From: Camelus ferus | Taxonomy: Eukaryota | NCBI RefSeq assembly: GCF_009834535.1 | Contig: NC_045707.1 | Location: 17,856,001-17,920,000, forward strand | DNA length: 64,000 bases | Direction of reading: 5' to 3' | Shown: one piece after another, positions 1-10,937 of the stretch | Layout: the number at the start of each line of letters is the position of its first letter | Numbering within the stretch: the stretch's first letter is position 1 | Made by a program: the position numbers and the translations under genes | Notes under the pieces: generated by a model | Seen by the model: only the letters and a program-made list of their open reading frames with translations | Told to the model about the DNA's origin: nothing | The model's database searches: none

Positions 1-314
1 AGCCCTCCTTATCCCCTTCTCAGCTTTAGTTGTCTCCACAGTCCAGCCACTTGGGTTCCCTTCAGCCTCGGGCAGCTCTCCTCTGATCTGCCAGGGCTTA
101 ACCGACTGTCTCCCCCCCGGACCTTTAAGGGCTATCAGACCTGACTGTTTCAGGGCTGTCTAGCTGCCCCTTCTGCCGGACCCACCTCTGAGTCACCTTT
201 TATCACACCACCCTGGTTTTCCCCATGGTCATTTTCATGCTCTGAAATAAGCTAATGTATGTGTTTGTTTACCTCTTTGGTTTTTGTCTCCACCCTGCCC
301 CACCCCTCACTTTC

Positions 315-614
315 ATGGGAGCTCCACAGGAGAGCAAATGCTGCCGCTTTCTTGCTCTGTCCCATGGCCAGCACCAGCTGCGTGTTAGATCCTCCAATAA
401 TAATTGTCAGGCTGGTTGTCAGTCTTGCGGAGACAGCCAGACACCCCCACCCCCACACCTGGGACTTGTCCTGTCCGGAAACTCCCAGAACCTAGGCCTC
501 CTCCCTCTGCTGTCAGCTCCCACCAACATCACAGGCTCAGTCTCAGAGTATCTGTTGCTGCTGCTGCTGCCGCCACCACCCTCTGTCTCCTCTGGGGACT
601 GTTTGGGAGCCTGA
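315..614 (+). other. Short ORF or candidate exon of unknown status (99 aa from ATG 315)
   Basis: ATG at 315; acceptor-like ctccacAG at 328-329 in phase 0 with the frame; TGA at 612-614; GTGAGT donor at 641; AATAAA at 713-718. No homologue recognised. Confidence 0.2.
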
Positions 615-1093
615 AGCAGCTGTTCTGGCCATCAGGGCTGGTGAGTGATGGGCAGGGGTCCTTACCCAGGCAGGTGTCAGGTGCCTGGAGCTCAAGAAAT
701 ACTTTTTGATTGAATAAAGGGGAAGGCTTCAGAGTTGATCAGACCTCACCAGGTAGAGAAAAGAGAAAGGGCGCTCAGAGCAGAAGGAATGGTGTAAACA
801 AAGGACTGGAGGTACAAAAGTGCACATCATATTGGGAGAACATGTTCTGGTCTGCTGCCCTTGGAGGGTTTTCAGTGGAGGGGAGGGGGTCAGGAGAGCA
901 CTGCCAGGCAGGCCTGAGAAGGAGGTCTAGATGGGAGGGTGGGGGGTGGATCTGAGCTCCTACAGGATCAGCAAGGCTCAGCAGTGTCTTAAGTTTAATC
1001 CTGTCCCCACCCCTGCTCCCCATAGTCTGCCCCTTTGACTCCACCCCTGCCTCCCCTTCACCCAATCCCCAGCCTGGCTGTTCCTGCAGCTGA

Positions 1094-1606
1094 ATGGACT
1101 TCTCTCTGGGCCTACGACTGGGGCCTCGGAACAAGAAGGCCAGCCACCAACAGCCCCTTCCACCCTCTGGGCACGGTCCACCAGCTGCCTCTCCTTGTCT
1201 GTCCTGTCCACCCTCCACCTGTGCCTGCCCCTGCCCTGGCTGCCCCCCTCCCACCTGCTCCTGCACAGCCCACCCATCTCATGCAGCTACCTGTCCCTCT
1301 TGTCCCGGCCTCCTTGGCCCACCGTGTACCTGCTCCTGCCCTCCCTGCCCTGCTTGTCCTCCCTTGACTTGTCCCCACAGTTCCTGCATCCCATGCTGTG
1401 GTCCCCACTTGACCTGCTGCCACCCCTCTCCTTGCCCCATGTACGTGTGCTCTAAGGGTCGAGCCCCCTGTTCCAGCTCCTGCTTGGGCTGCAGTGACAG
1501 CTATGGCTGTGGCCGAGGTGCTGCCTGGGGACCTCTAGGCTCCACTGGCCGCTGCAGCTGCTGCTTCAGGGGACAGCGCACCTCTCGGCACTGTCTGATA
1601 GTCTAG
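1094..1606 (+). CDS. Putative Cys/Pro-rich protein (170 aa) with C-terminal CaaX motif (CLIV); not recognised
   Basis: ATG 1094 to TAG 1604-1606. By hand count 31 Cys, 32 Pro and only 2 acidic residues. CxC/CxxC/CC motifs; ends ...GRCSCCFRGQRTSRHCLIV*. Preceded by a pyrimidine-rich tract and AG at 1071-1072. Confidence 0.6.
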   Translation: MDFSLGLRLGPRNKKASHQQPLPPSGHGPPAASPCLSCPPSTCACPCPGCPPPTCSCTAHPSHAATCPSCPGLLGPPCTCSCPPCPACPPLTCPHSSCIPCCGPHLTCCHPSPCPMYVCSKGRAPCSSSCLGCSDSYGCGRGAAWGPLGSTGRCSCCFRGQRTSRHCLIV

Positions 1607-3399
1607 CTTGGCTGTTGCCCCACTGAGAGATTAGAAGTCTCCCAGATCTCTCCTGCAGCTGCTTCCTCAGCGGGGAGGCAGATGCTCTGGGGGGTGGATC
1701 AGCTGGACCCTTCACCCAGGCCGGTGAGACAGCGGCTGGCCACCCAGAGCCCCGGTCTCTTCCTCAGTCCTGAGAGAGAGAGTGGACCACCTGCTTTGAA
1801 GTTAGTTTCTGGGCATGCTCCCGTTGGTTCCAGAACCTCCTCTTCTGCAACTTCTGGAATAGAAAGTCTTCTTCTCAGAGCCTGCCCCATGGCCCCTGAA
1901 GGTGAGCAAGTTGGCCATTTTCCCCTCTAGTCTGCCTCCCCTGCAGACCCTTCTTGGCTCATCTCTGCAGTGTGCATGGATAAGATGGGTCCTTCCTCTA
2001 GAGGTGATAGGAGATCCTTTGTCCAGGGGCCACTTTTCTTGCCCCATGGACCTCCACCCATCTCCTTGACTGACCTATGAGTCTCTGGACCCCTTACCTC
2101 TCATTGTGAGTATGGTAAAGAAAGTCAGTGGCTCTTGGACCAAAAGAAGAGGCTGAGCAGAGGATTCCTGGTTCCACCCTCCCTTGGATATCATGACATC
2201 TTTCATGGTCCTTTGCTTCCAGGAACCTGGCACTCTCTACCTGGATGTCTTATCTTTCAAATCTTTCAGTGCTCGCCCAGCCTCATGACCTCAATCTTCC
2301 AGCAGTAATCCCATCTGTTACATCCATGCTCATCTGGCAGGGGGCGGCCGAAGCAGGGAGCCCTTGACTCAGGCGCCAGTGATCCCATCCATGCATAACT
2401 AGTTGCTAGATGTAAGTCCCCTGTCCCTGAGGGTGGGGCTGGGGGTTTGGAGAAGCCACCAAGAGGAAGCCGGAAGTGATAGGCCTACGTATCTGCCCAA
2501 GACTGGACCCTAAGCTAAGAGGCCCTAAGCACCCCTCCACATTTCCCAAGACTTCTGAGGCTAGCCTGCTTCAATCTTCTCTTTCTCGCTCCTTCTCTGG
2601 GACCCTTTGTTCTTTCCTTTCTGTCTCTGTTTCTCCTTCTGCTTATCCTTCCTTCTAGCTTTTTATACCACTCTCTCCATTTCTATTTCCTTCTTTCTGT
2701 CACCTGGACATTCTGCCTTCACCTCACTTGTGTCTCTGTATCTGTCTTCCCCACTCTATGTCCCTCTCTTTCCCCATCTAATTTAAAATCTATTTAACGT
2801 ATCTATCTTTTGCCTTCCCCCTTCCCTGTCTCAGTCCATGACTTTGTGTTTGTTTTCTTCCTCCTCCTATCTCTCTCTTTTCTGTCCTATTCTGCTTCTG
2901 GGTGCAAGTCATTCTCGAACTCTTCTATTTTTATGTCCCTTTCTGTCTTTGTCTCTCTTCCTGTCTTCTGGGTCTAGCTGTTTTTTCATTTCCTATCTCT
3001 CTTTCTGCCTCCCCACTATCTAGCTTTCTCTCTCTCTGTCTCCCTAGGTCCTGCAGCTGCCTGCACACTAGGTCTCCGGTGTGCCCATCTCACTGCTGCC
3101 CAAGGGCCAGGAGGACACCAAGTCCTCCATTGTCTCGCTGTCCCTCACACCCCCATGCCCTGGAGTGAGTGAGGGCTGGACACAGCTACCAGAACAGTCC
3201 CTTCTTCCCCTACTCACTGTCCTGGCCATCCATTCTTACTCAGCTCTAAGCCCAAACCTTTTCAAAAATGATGTTTTTCTCTCAACTTCTTATTCTGAAA
3301 ATTGACAACTGAAGAGAAAAAGAGTTACACACTTACGCTGCCTGTCCTGTATAAACTATATTTCAGGGTAGCCAAATAGCTCTACGTGGCGAAGAAAAC

Positions 3400-4250
3400 T
3401 TATTTACAGAACTCCAGCTAATGTAGGGGGAATATGCAATTAGAAAAATCACCATTTTGCAACGGTTAATGAAATAAGGGATCAAAGCAAGAATTAACAG
3501 TGGATGCAGCCAAGGATGATAGTTGATGGAGAACTTTACTATGGAGGAATCAAGCTATCGCTCCCTGAGCCAACTGATGAATCTTAGTTTCACTAAATCA
3601 TATACCATGTACCTCCTGATATGATGCAATCTGATGCACTCAGCACCACCTTTGAAGGATTCTTACCAAAGAAACAAACCAAAAAACTGAACATGATTCT
3701 AATCAAACCTCTAGAGCTAACCTCTATTTATTTAATGGGAAATGTGGTGGATGGAGGAACAAATTAAATGACATAACAAAGAAGTAAGGAAATATACCAG
3801 AACGTGGGACATTCCAAAGGAAAACTGAGCTGCTTTCTTCAACTAGTCAATGGCTGGGGAGAAAAGTGAGTGCAGACAAGAAGACAACTACTACATGGAA
3901 TATGTGGGCCTTCTTTGGTTCCTGACTGGGACCACCCAATTGAAAAAAAAGATGTTTTTAGACAGTTGGAGACATTTAATTATGAACTGGGTATTCATGA
4001 TGCCAAGGAATCAGTGTGGATTTTGTAAAAATGGCTTTGAGGTTATGTAAGAAAAGGTCCTTATTTTCTGGAGATGGATTGAAGTGATGTATTGAATTTT
4101 TAAGTGTTTTGTCAAATAAAAAAAGGACAGAAAGAAAGGAGTAGAAGGAATGAAGGGACAAAACCAATATTTTTGAATTAAGTATATAGGATTTCATAGA
4201 ACTATGATCTCTACCTTTGTGTATGTTTGAACATTTTTGTAATAAAAGTT
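3400..4250 (+). mobile_element. Old LINE-1 (L1M-type) 3' fragment
   Basis: AT-rich sequence resembling ancient L1 3' ends, finishing in aataaaag. Boundaries approximate. Confidence 0.5.
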
Positions 4251-4711
4251 TTAAATGATATGCCTTGGGTAGCACGGTCCTAGTAACTCCCAGAGCATCC
4301 TCTCCACCTGCCCCAAAAGCCAGGACTTCCTCTGGAACTCCCCACACACAGACCCCAGCCCTCCTTGCCCTCTATTAGAAGTGTGTCCTAGAGATGGATT
4401 TGCACTCCCAAGCTGTCCTTTATCCCCTCCAGCCCTCTGCTGGCACATTTCCCATGTTTCAGGTCTTTCCCAGCTGTGTTTCAGAGCTCTAAGGGGCCAA
4501 GGGAACCTTAAAGAGTAAATATATTTTAAATAGGTCCCACAATAAAAACAATCCAAAATAATGTAATCTTCAAGTCTTCTTTTGTCAGGTGCTTCTGAGC
4601 AAAAGGCAACTCAGTAATGGAAGAACTCTGGCCTCCATCCTAGGAAAACAGAAGGCAAGGCACATAAGGCCATCCTGTCCCAGTCCCTGCCTTCATTCAG
4701 CATGACCTCCT

Positions 4712-4716
<5 letters not shown>

Positions 4717-4742
<26 letters not shown>
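4717..4742 (+). repeat. Poly(A) run, 26 nt
   Basis: Direct reading. Confidence 0.9.
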
Positions 4743-5139
4743 GACCACCAGAAACTGAAAGACAGGGTGTCATGAGTTCAGGAGATTTCAGTCCAGGACC
4801 AGGATGGACGGCGTTTGGGTTTCCCACCACCTCACTCACTGAATGACCTTGGGGAAATCATGATGTTTGAGTCTTCGTGTTTCTAGACAAATGCATGGGA
4901 ACCAATATCCCTTTCTACTCTCTAGAAGTATGCCAGTTAGGGATAAAGGCACTTTGGAACTTGTAGGATATAAATCTTAGTTGTTTACTTTATCGTAAGA
5001 AAGTATTTCTCAAGATGTAATTCCAGACTGTCCCACCCTCTACCCTCCAAGCTTTAGTATAAAGAAAACCAACATTTACTAATCACCTGTGCAGATGGGT
5101 GAACTCATTTAATCTTCTCAGAAATCATGTGAATGTGGG

Positions 5140-5290
5140 ATTGGAAGATCTGGGTCCCAGTTGACTCTACCTATTACCATGTGACTCTGGCCATGTTACT
5201 TAACCTTTCCAGCTCTGAAGGATAATAATAGTACCTACCTTACAGGTTGTTGTGACAATTAAACAATTCATCTATAGCAGCTGGCCTGGG
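5140..5290 (+). mobile_element. MIR SINE fragment
   Basis: MIR core: accatgtgactctggccatgttacttaacc...gataataatagtacctacc. Confidence 0.65.
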
Positions 5291-5389
5291 ACTTCTTAAA
5301 ATAGACCTTAAGTACATAATAACTGTTTCATAAGTGTTACCAGCTAATAGAGGCCAGCACTTTCACAGTAATTTACATGGATTAACTTA

Positions 5390-5930
5390 TTCACTCATTT
5401 ATTCATCAAATTATTTTTTGATTGTTTTTTATGTACCAAAAAGTGTTTTAAATACTGGGAATACAAGAGAACAAAACATAAAAATCTGTAGGGAGAAGAG
5501 ATAGCAAATAAGTAAAATAAATAGTGTGCCAGATGTGTTAGGTGCCTTGGAGAAAATGGAGCAAAAGAGAATAGAGATTTGGAAGGCAAGCAGGTAGGTT
5601 GTTGTGGGGAGGTGGTGTTGCTACTTCAAACGAGATGGCCAAGGAAGGTCTCTCTGATAAGGTGACACTTAAACAGAGAACTGGAGGAGCTGAGGAAAGG
5701 AAGCATGTTGATATGGAGGAGAACCAGAACTTACAGGGCACCGTGTGCAAAGGCATTGGTGCTAGCCAGTATAGATGGTGTAAAAGGAGCTGGGGGGGAG
5801 AATGGAGGGAGGTGAGGTCAGAGAAGCAGCAAAGGAACAGAGGACAGAGGGTTTTACAAACCTTTATAAAGATTTTGGCTTTGACGCTTAGTGACATGGG
5901 AAGCTATTGGAGGGTTTTAAGTAGATAATA
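5390..5930 (-). mobile_element. L2 LINE 3' fragment
   Basis: ttattcactcatttattcatc start and ggaaggtctctctgataaggtgac body, typical of reversed L2. Boundaries approximate. Confidence 0.6.
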
Positions 5931-6229
5931 CTAAGGCTGGAGAAAGAGGTTAAATAATCTTTCCAATATAACACAGCTGGTAAGTGGCAGAGGGTGGGCA
6001 TTCAGCTCCAAGGATGAAGTTAACCCTTAACTGCCACTGACCTTTAGCTGTTTTTATTTGGACACTGCTCTCCTATGACTGCAGACAAAGAAACTGGGAC
6101 ACTGAGCAGTCATGTGGCCAGACCGAGGTCACACAGCTAAGTGACAGAGGTGGGATTTGAGCTTTAGCCTGTCTGCAAGCCAGAGTCCAAGTCCTTTACA
6201 CCACACTGCCTCCCTCAGGTGTCTGGGCC

Positions 6230-6900
6230 ATGCTGACTTCTGGCCTGGAGGTCACTACAGTGGGAGCGGAGGGAAAGCGAGGAGCCCATCATCGGCTTAG
6301 GGCAGCGGTGTTCCTTAGGAAGCTCAAGCCCGGGCTCTGCGGGACTGCTGGCATTTTCCCAAGCACAGCTGTGCTCCCTAACCCATGGCACGGAAATGGG
6401 TCTTTATTTCCAGGTGACCCGGCAGGTATCCGGGAGTCGAAGGAGCGGGTGTCACGCTAGAGCAGCGGACGGGACCGAACCGAGAGCAGCGACCGCCACG
6501 GCTTCCAGTCGAGCCCCTGCCGGCACCCGAGTGGGGGCAAGAGGGCGGGGCGGGGGCGGGGCTTGAGCGCCGCGCCCCCGTCACGTGACGGGGCCAGCAT
6601 GGCGGCGGCCAGAGGCCTACCGTGCTCCCGGAAGCAGGCCGTGAGGGGCGGGCGTGCTGCTGGAACCCGACCTGGAACCGGAGACAGAGGTAGAGCGGGC
6701 AGGGCGGCCGGGCGGCCTGGAGCCGGACGTGTCCGGAGCGTCCCCGCAGACCGGGGCAGCAGGTGAGACGGGGTCTGGGCGAGGCGCGAGCGAGTGTGGC
6801 GGCGCTGGGCGGGGGCTAGGGGGCGCAGGGGGGTGCCCTGACCTGGAGGATGGGGGAGACGCGCGCGCGTGACCCTGAAGCAACTGGAGAGGCCCGCCCC
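6230..6900. promoter_or_regulatory. CpG island and MFSD5 promoter
   Basis: CpG-dense. GC boxes at 6542-6561; palindromic GTCACGTGAC E-box/CLEAR-like site at 6580-6589; ATGGCGGC YY1-like at 6599-6606; CCGGAAG ETS core near 6628. Confidence 0.85.
6600..6762 (+). other. MFSD5: MFSD5 5' exon (start approximate)
   Basis: Donor AG|GTGAGA at 6762/6763; acceptor cctctccccAG at 7340-7341, 18 nt upstream of the ATG. Confidence 0.7.
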
Positions 6901-7359
6901 GGCGGGAGGGATACCCGGGACAGATGACGAGACACAGAGGGCAAAACAGGCTCCCCAAAGAGGATGGGAGGTAACACAAGGAAGTACTATATGCAGACGC
7001 TGTTATGGGAGAGGGCAGCAGCCCCTTAACTCGCAGGGCTGGGATTAGTGAAGGAATTCTCTTTGCTGTGCCAGGCCTGGGTGGGGCGAATACTCAGTCT
7101 TCTCCCCTCTCCTCTTACCCCTCCCTGTCCCATAATGTCCTAGGAGCCCGCTCTGGCGGGCCACTCCTCCCACCCACCCAACTGGTCCCTCCGGTCTGAG
7201 TTCTGGGGGAGTGGAGTTGAGGGGTGGGGAAGTGCAGTTGTCAGGGGTGTTGGGTGGAGCTGCATTCTGCTTAGACACCCAGCCCCTTGACAGTGCTACT
7301 GGGGCAATGGATGTGACTCTGAAACCTCCCCCTCTCCCCAGGTCGTCCGGGGGCCGGCC

Positions 7360-8712
7360 ATGCTGGTGACTGCCTACCTTGCCTTTGTGGTCCTCCTGGC
7401 CTCCTGCCTGGGGTTAGAGCTGTCAAGATGCCGGGCTAAGCCCTCTGGAAGGGCCTGCAGCAACCCCTCCTTCCTTCGGTTTCAACTGGACTTCTATCAG
7501 GTCTACTTCCTGGCCCTGGCAGCTGACTGGCTTCAGGCCCCCTACCTCTATAAACTCTATCAGCATTACCACTTCCTGGAGGGACAAATTGCCATTCTCT
7601 ATGTCTGTGGCCTTGCCTCCACAGTTCTCTTTGGACTGGTGGCCTCCTCCCTTGTGGATTGGCTGGGTCGCAAGAAGTCTTGTGTCCTCTTCTCCCTGAC
7701 TTACTCTCTCTGCTGCTTAACCAAACTTTCTCAGGACTACTTTGTGCTGCTGGTGGGCCGAGCACTAGGTGGGCTGTCCACAGCCCTTCTCTTCTCAGCC
7801 TTTGAGGCATGGTACATCCATGAGCATGTGGAACGGCATGACTTCCCTGCTGAGTGGATCCCAGCTACCTTTGCCCGAGCTGCCTTCTGGAACCATGTGC
7901 TGGCTGTAGTGGCAGGTGTGGCAGCTGAGGCCGTGGCCTGCTGGATGGGGCTGGGGCCTGTAGCGCCCTTTTTGGCCGCCATCCCTCTCTTGGCTCTGGC
8001 TGGGGCCTTGGCCCTTCATAACTGGGGAGAGAACTATGATCGGCAGCGTGCCTTCTCAAGGACCTGTGCTGGGGGCCTGCGCTGCCTCCTGTCGGACCGT
8101 CGTGTGCTGTTGCTCGGCACCATCCAGGCCCTGTTTGAGAGTGTCATCTTCATCTTTGTCTTCCTCTGGACGCCTGTGTTGGACCCACATGGGGCCCCAC
8201 TGGGCATCATCTTCTCCAGCTTCATGGCAGCCAGCCTGCTTGGCTCTTCCCTGTACCGCATTGCTACCTCCAAGAGGTACCACCTTCAGCCCATGCACCT
8301 GCTCTCCCTTGCGGTCCTCATCGTCGTCTTCTCCCTCTTCATGTTGACTTTCTCTACCAGCCCAGGCCAGGAGAGTCCAGTGGAGTCCTTCATAGCGTTC
8401 CTACTTATCGAATTGGCCTGTGGGCTTTACTTTCCCAGCATGAGCTTCCTGCGGAGAAAGGTCATCCCCGAGACGGAGCAAGCCGGTGTCCTCAACTGGT
8501 TCCGGGTGCCCCTGCACTTACTGGCCTGCCTGGGGCTCCTGGTCCTCCACGATAGCGATCGCAAAACGGGCACTCGGAACATGTTCAGTATCTGCTCTGC
8601 CATCATGGTGATGGCTCTGCTGGCGGTGGTGGGGCTCTTCACTGTGGTCAGGCATGATGCTGAGCTGCGGGTGCCCTCACCCACTGGGGAGCCCTATGCC
8701 CCTGAGCTCTAA
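7360..8712 (+). CDS. MFSD5: Major facilitator superfamily domain-containing 5 (putative molybdate-anion transporter), 450 aa, CDS in one exon
   Basis: Intact ORF MLVTAYLAFV...EPYAPEL* with many hydrophobic helices. Recognised sequence; lies upstream of ESPL1 as expected. Confidence 0.97.
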   Translation: MLVTAYLAFVVLLASCLGLELSRCRAKPSGRACSNPSFLRFQLDFYQVYFLALAADWLQAPYLYKLYQHYHFLEGQIAILYVCGLASTVLFGLVASSLVDWLGRKKSCVLFSLTYSLCCLTKLSQDYFVLLVGRALGGLSTALLFSAFEAWYIHEHVERHDFPAEWIPATFARAAFWNHVLAVVAGVAAEAVACWMGLGPVAPFLAAIPLLALAGALALHNWGENYDRQRAFSRTCAGGLRCLLSDRRVLLLGTIQALFESVIFIFVFLWTPVLDPHGAPLGIIFSSFMAASLLGSSLYRIATSKRYHLQPMHLLSLAVLIVVFSLFMLTFSTSPGQESPVESFIAFLLIELACGLYFPSMSFLRRKVIPETEQAGVLNWFRVPLHLLACLGLLVLHDSDRKTGTRNMFSICSAIMVMALLAVVGLFTVVRHDAELRVPSPTGEPYAPEL

Positions 8713-8933
8713 CCCTGTTTCAAGACAAGGGAGCAGGGATGGACCTTGAATCCTGCCTCTTTGGCGTTGTACAGATCTCTCTGTGACTGACTCTGCTACT
8801 ATCTGGCCCCTCAACCTGTCCTGGGGCCCCTCCTGCCAGTGCTTTGGGTTGGGAAGCACATGAGGGTGATGGCTTGGAAAAGAAGATGCCAAAATTTGCC
8901 TCTGTGTTGCTCCTTTCCCCCTTTCCATTTGAA

Positions 8934-8939
8934 AATAAA
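8934..8939 (+). terminator. MFSD5 poly(A) signal
   Basis: AATAAA about 220 nt after the stop. Confidence 0.8.
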
Positions 8940-10937
8940 CACTTTTAATCGGTCATTGATTTGATTGACTCATCCTCACCTGCACCCACCTCAGTAGTTT
9001 CTGGTGAGGGGGCAGCTGGATATGGTGAGGATAGATGTGGGGTTACCAGCTTCTCTAAGACTGCCTCCAGCTTAAACTGAGCTGTGGAATTGCCTCTCAA
9101 CAGAAGTGGATGGGAAATGCCTGAGGCTTCTAGGTCCTCCATATCTGGTTACCCTCCCTAGTTGCCAAGCAAAAACTTTGTGCCACATCTAGAGTGAGAC
9201 AATCTTGAGTGTATGGAGTGGATGCCCAAGCCGTTGAGCAAAGATTCCAGGTGCTCGGGCTGCCTCAGTGACCACCCATTGGGGCAAATCTGCAGCCTTC
9301 CTGCAGGAACAGGCTTGCTGCTCAGCACGTGTGCTACCTGCCTTCTGCCTCTGTGGCTGTGGAGGCACCATCTGTCCAGCATCATCTGGGCCCTTCAGGT
9401 CCTGTATCCTTGCATGAAACCCAAGTGAAGGGCTGCTGAGGAGAGAGCAGTGAACGGCTGAGGGACTGGGACATCTTGTCTATACCTGACTCTTCCCCAC
9501 CCAGAGTGAGTGAAGGTAAGGCAGCCATCAGGGCAGGAAACAGTACTAGTGGGAACACCAGTTCTGTGGGCCCCTCCCTGCCTCACCTCTGATTGTATCT
9601 GCCTTCTCTCCTCCCACCAAAACCTGGGCTTCTTAAGGGAAGCAGAGCCAGCAGTTAAGATGGGTGGGGATGCAGGGAGGGTAGGTCAAGGGAGAGTCCT
9701 GGAATGTGCTTGAGATGGGCATGGGACACCTACCTGTGCTGGAAAGAGGTTGATGACCTTTCCTTGGGTCCCAGACTACTTCCCAGACAGGAAGAGGTAA
9801 GACTTTTCCAAGACCTGCAAGTCCATACCTGTGCAGGGAGATAGCATCACCTGGTGCAGGAGGAATGCAGGGTGGCTGGGCTCCCGCAGGGTGAGGCCGA
9901 GCGAGAGGGATGTGTGGTGGTCTCAGATCCCTACTCAGGGGAGGGAAAAAACACATTCCTACACCCAGCCTGCAGGGAACAAGTTGAGGTTTAGTAAAAA
10001 CAGGTATCTTTTCCTTCCCCCATCTTGAGGCTAAGACAGTCTATTGCAGTAACTCCACTTCCCCCTTCTGCCCTGTAAAGCTGGGCCTAGATGTATTTTA
10101 TAATTATTTGTAGAGTTTCCTTCTCCCTCTACCATACTATGATCTCCTTGAGGACAGGAGGAAATTATGTCTCATTTGCCTTTGTCCCCCCATATATACA
10201 CACAGTGGGGTGCTTTCCCAATGGTTGTGCTCAGTAACTGTCTGGCGAGGGGACAGGCTAGCTCACACCTGGCCTTTCAAGAGCTGCCCATTTGGGAAGT
10301 CTATTAGACTAGAATCCAGAGCCTAGTTAATGAGTTGTTACTTGGGGTGACAGTAATTACTTACTGATGGAAGCATGAGGGGGCCCCTAATTCCTAAGTG
10401 ATAAGGACACAGGCAGGTAGAGGAGACAGACTAATGAGGTTCTTTTAGCTTTGTCCCCCTGCTGAGCTTTCTTCAAAGGAGCTGGTGACAGATAAAGTGG
10501 GGAGGGTTCTTCCCGTCAGACTCAACAGGTGTGAAGAGCTCGGAGGCATCTTAGGGATTTATCCATTTGTTGAGCACCTGCTGTATGCCATGCATTGTAT
10601 TACTAGATGCTGGTGAAATTTTTCTACCTGAGAGGAAAATCCACTTAAAGGGCATTGTAGCAAATGGATGGCAAAGTCAAGGCTAAACTTTGCCTCCTGC
10701 TGCCTTCCCAGTGCCCCTCCTGTGGTATGTACTAATTCTGTCCCCTGGGCCTTCACTCTTTCCCCACCTAGCCCTGCTCCCTCATCCCAAGCCCTGTCCC
10801 TGGAGAAGGGCAAGAGAGTGGGAATGCTTAGCCGTGGCCACCTGGCCCACTTTTGGGTATTTGCCCATATGGGTCAAATGAGGGATTGATTCACCAGGTG
10901 CACGCAGCCTGCAAAATGCTGCTGGTGATACTCTGCT

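Noticed and set aside
1035-1455. Alternative Leu/Pro-rich frames overlapping the Cys-rich ORF (1035-1367, 1195-1455)
   Set aside because: Frame-shifted readings of the same C-rich DNA, with no ATG start of their own or terminal motif.
7436-8684. Minus-strand ORFs inside MFSD5, and similar shadows over ESPL1 and AAAS exons
   Set aside because: Antisense or off-frame by-products of real coding exons.
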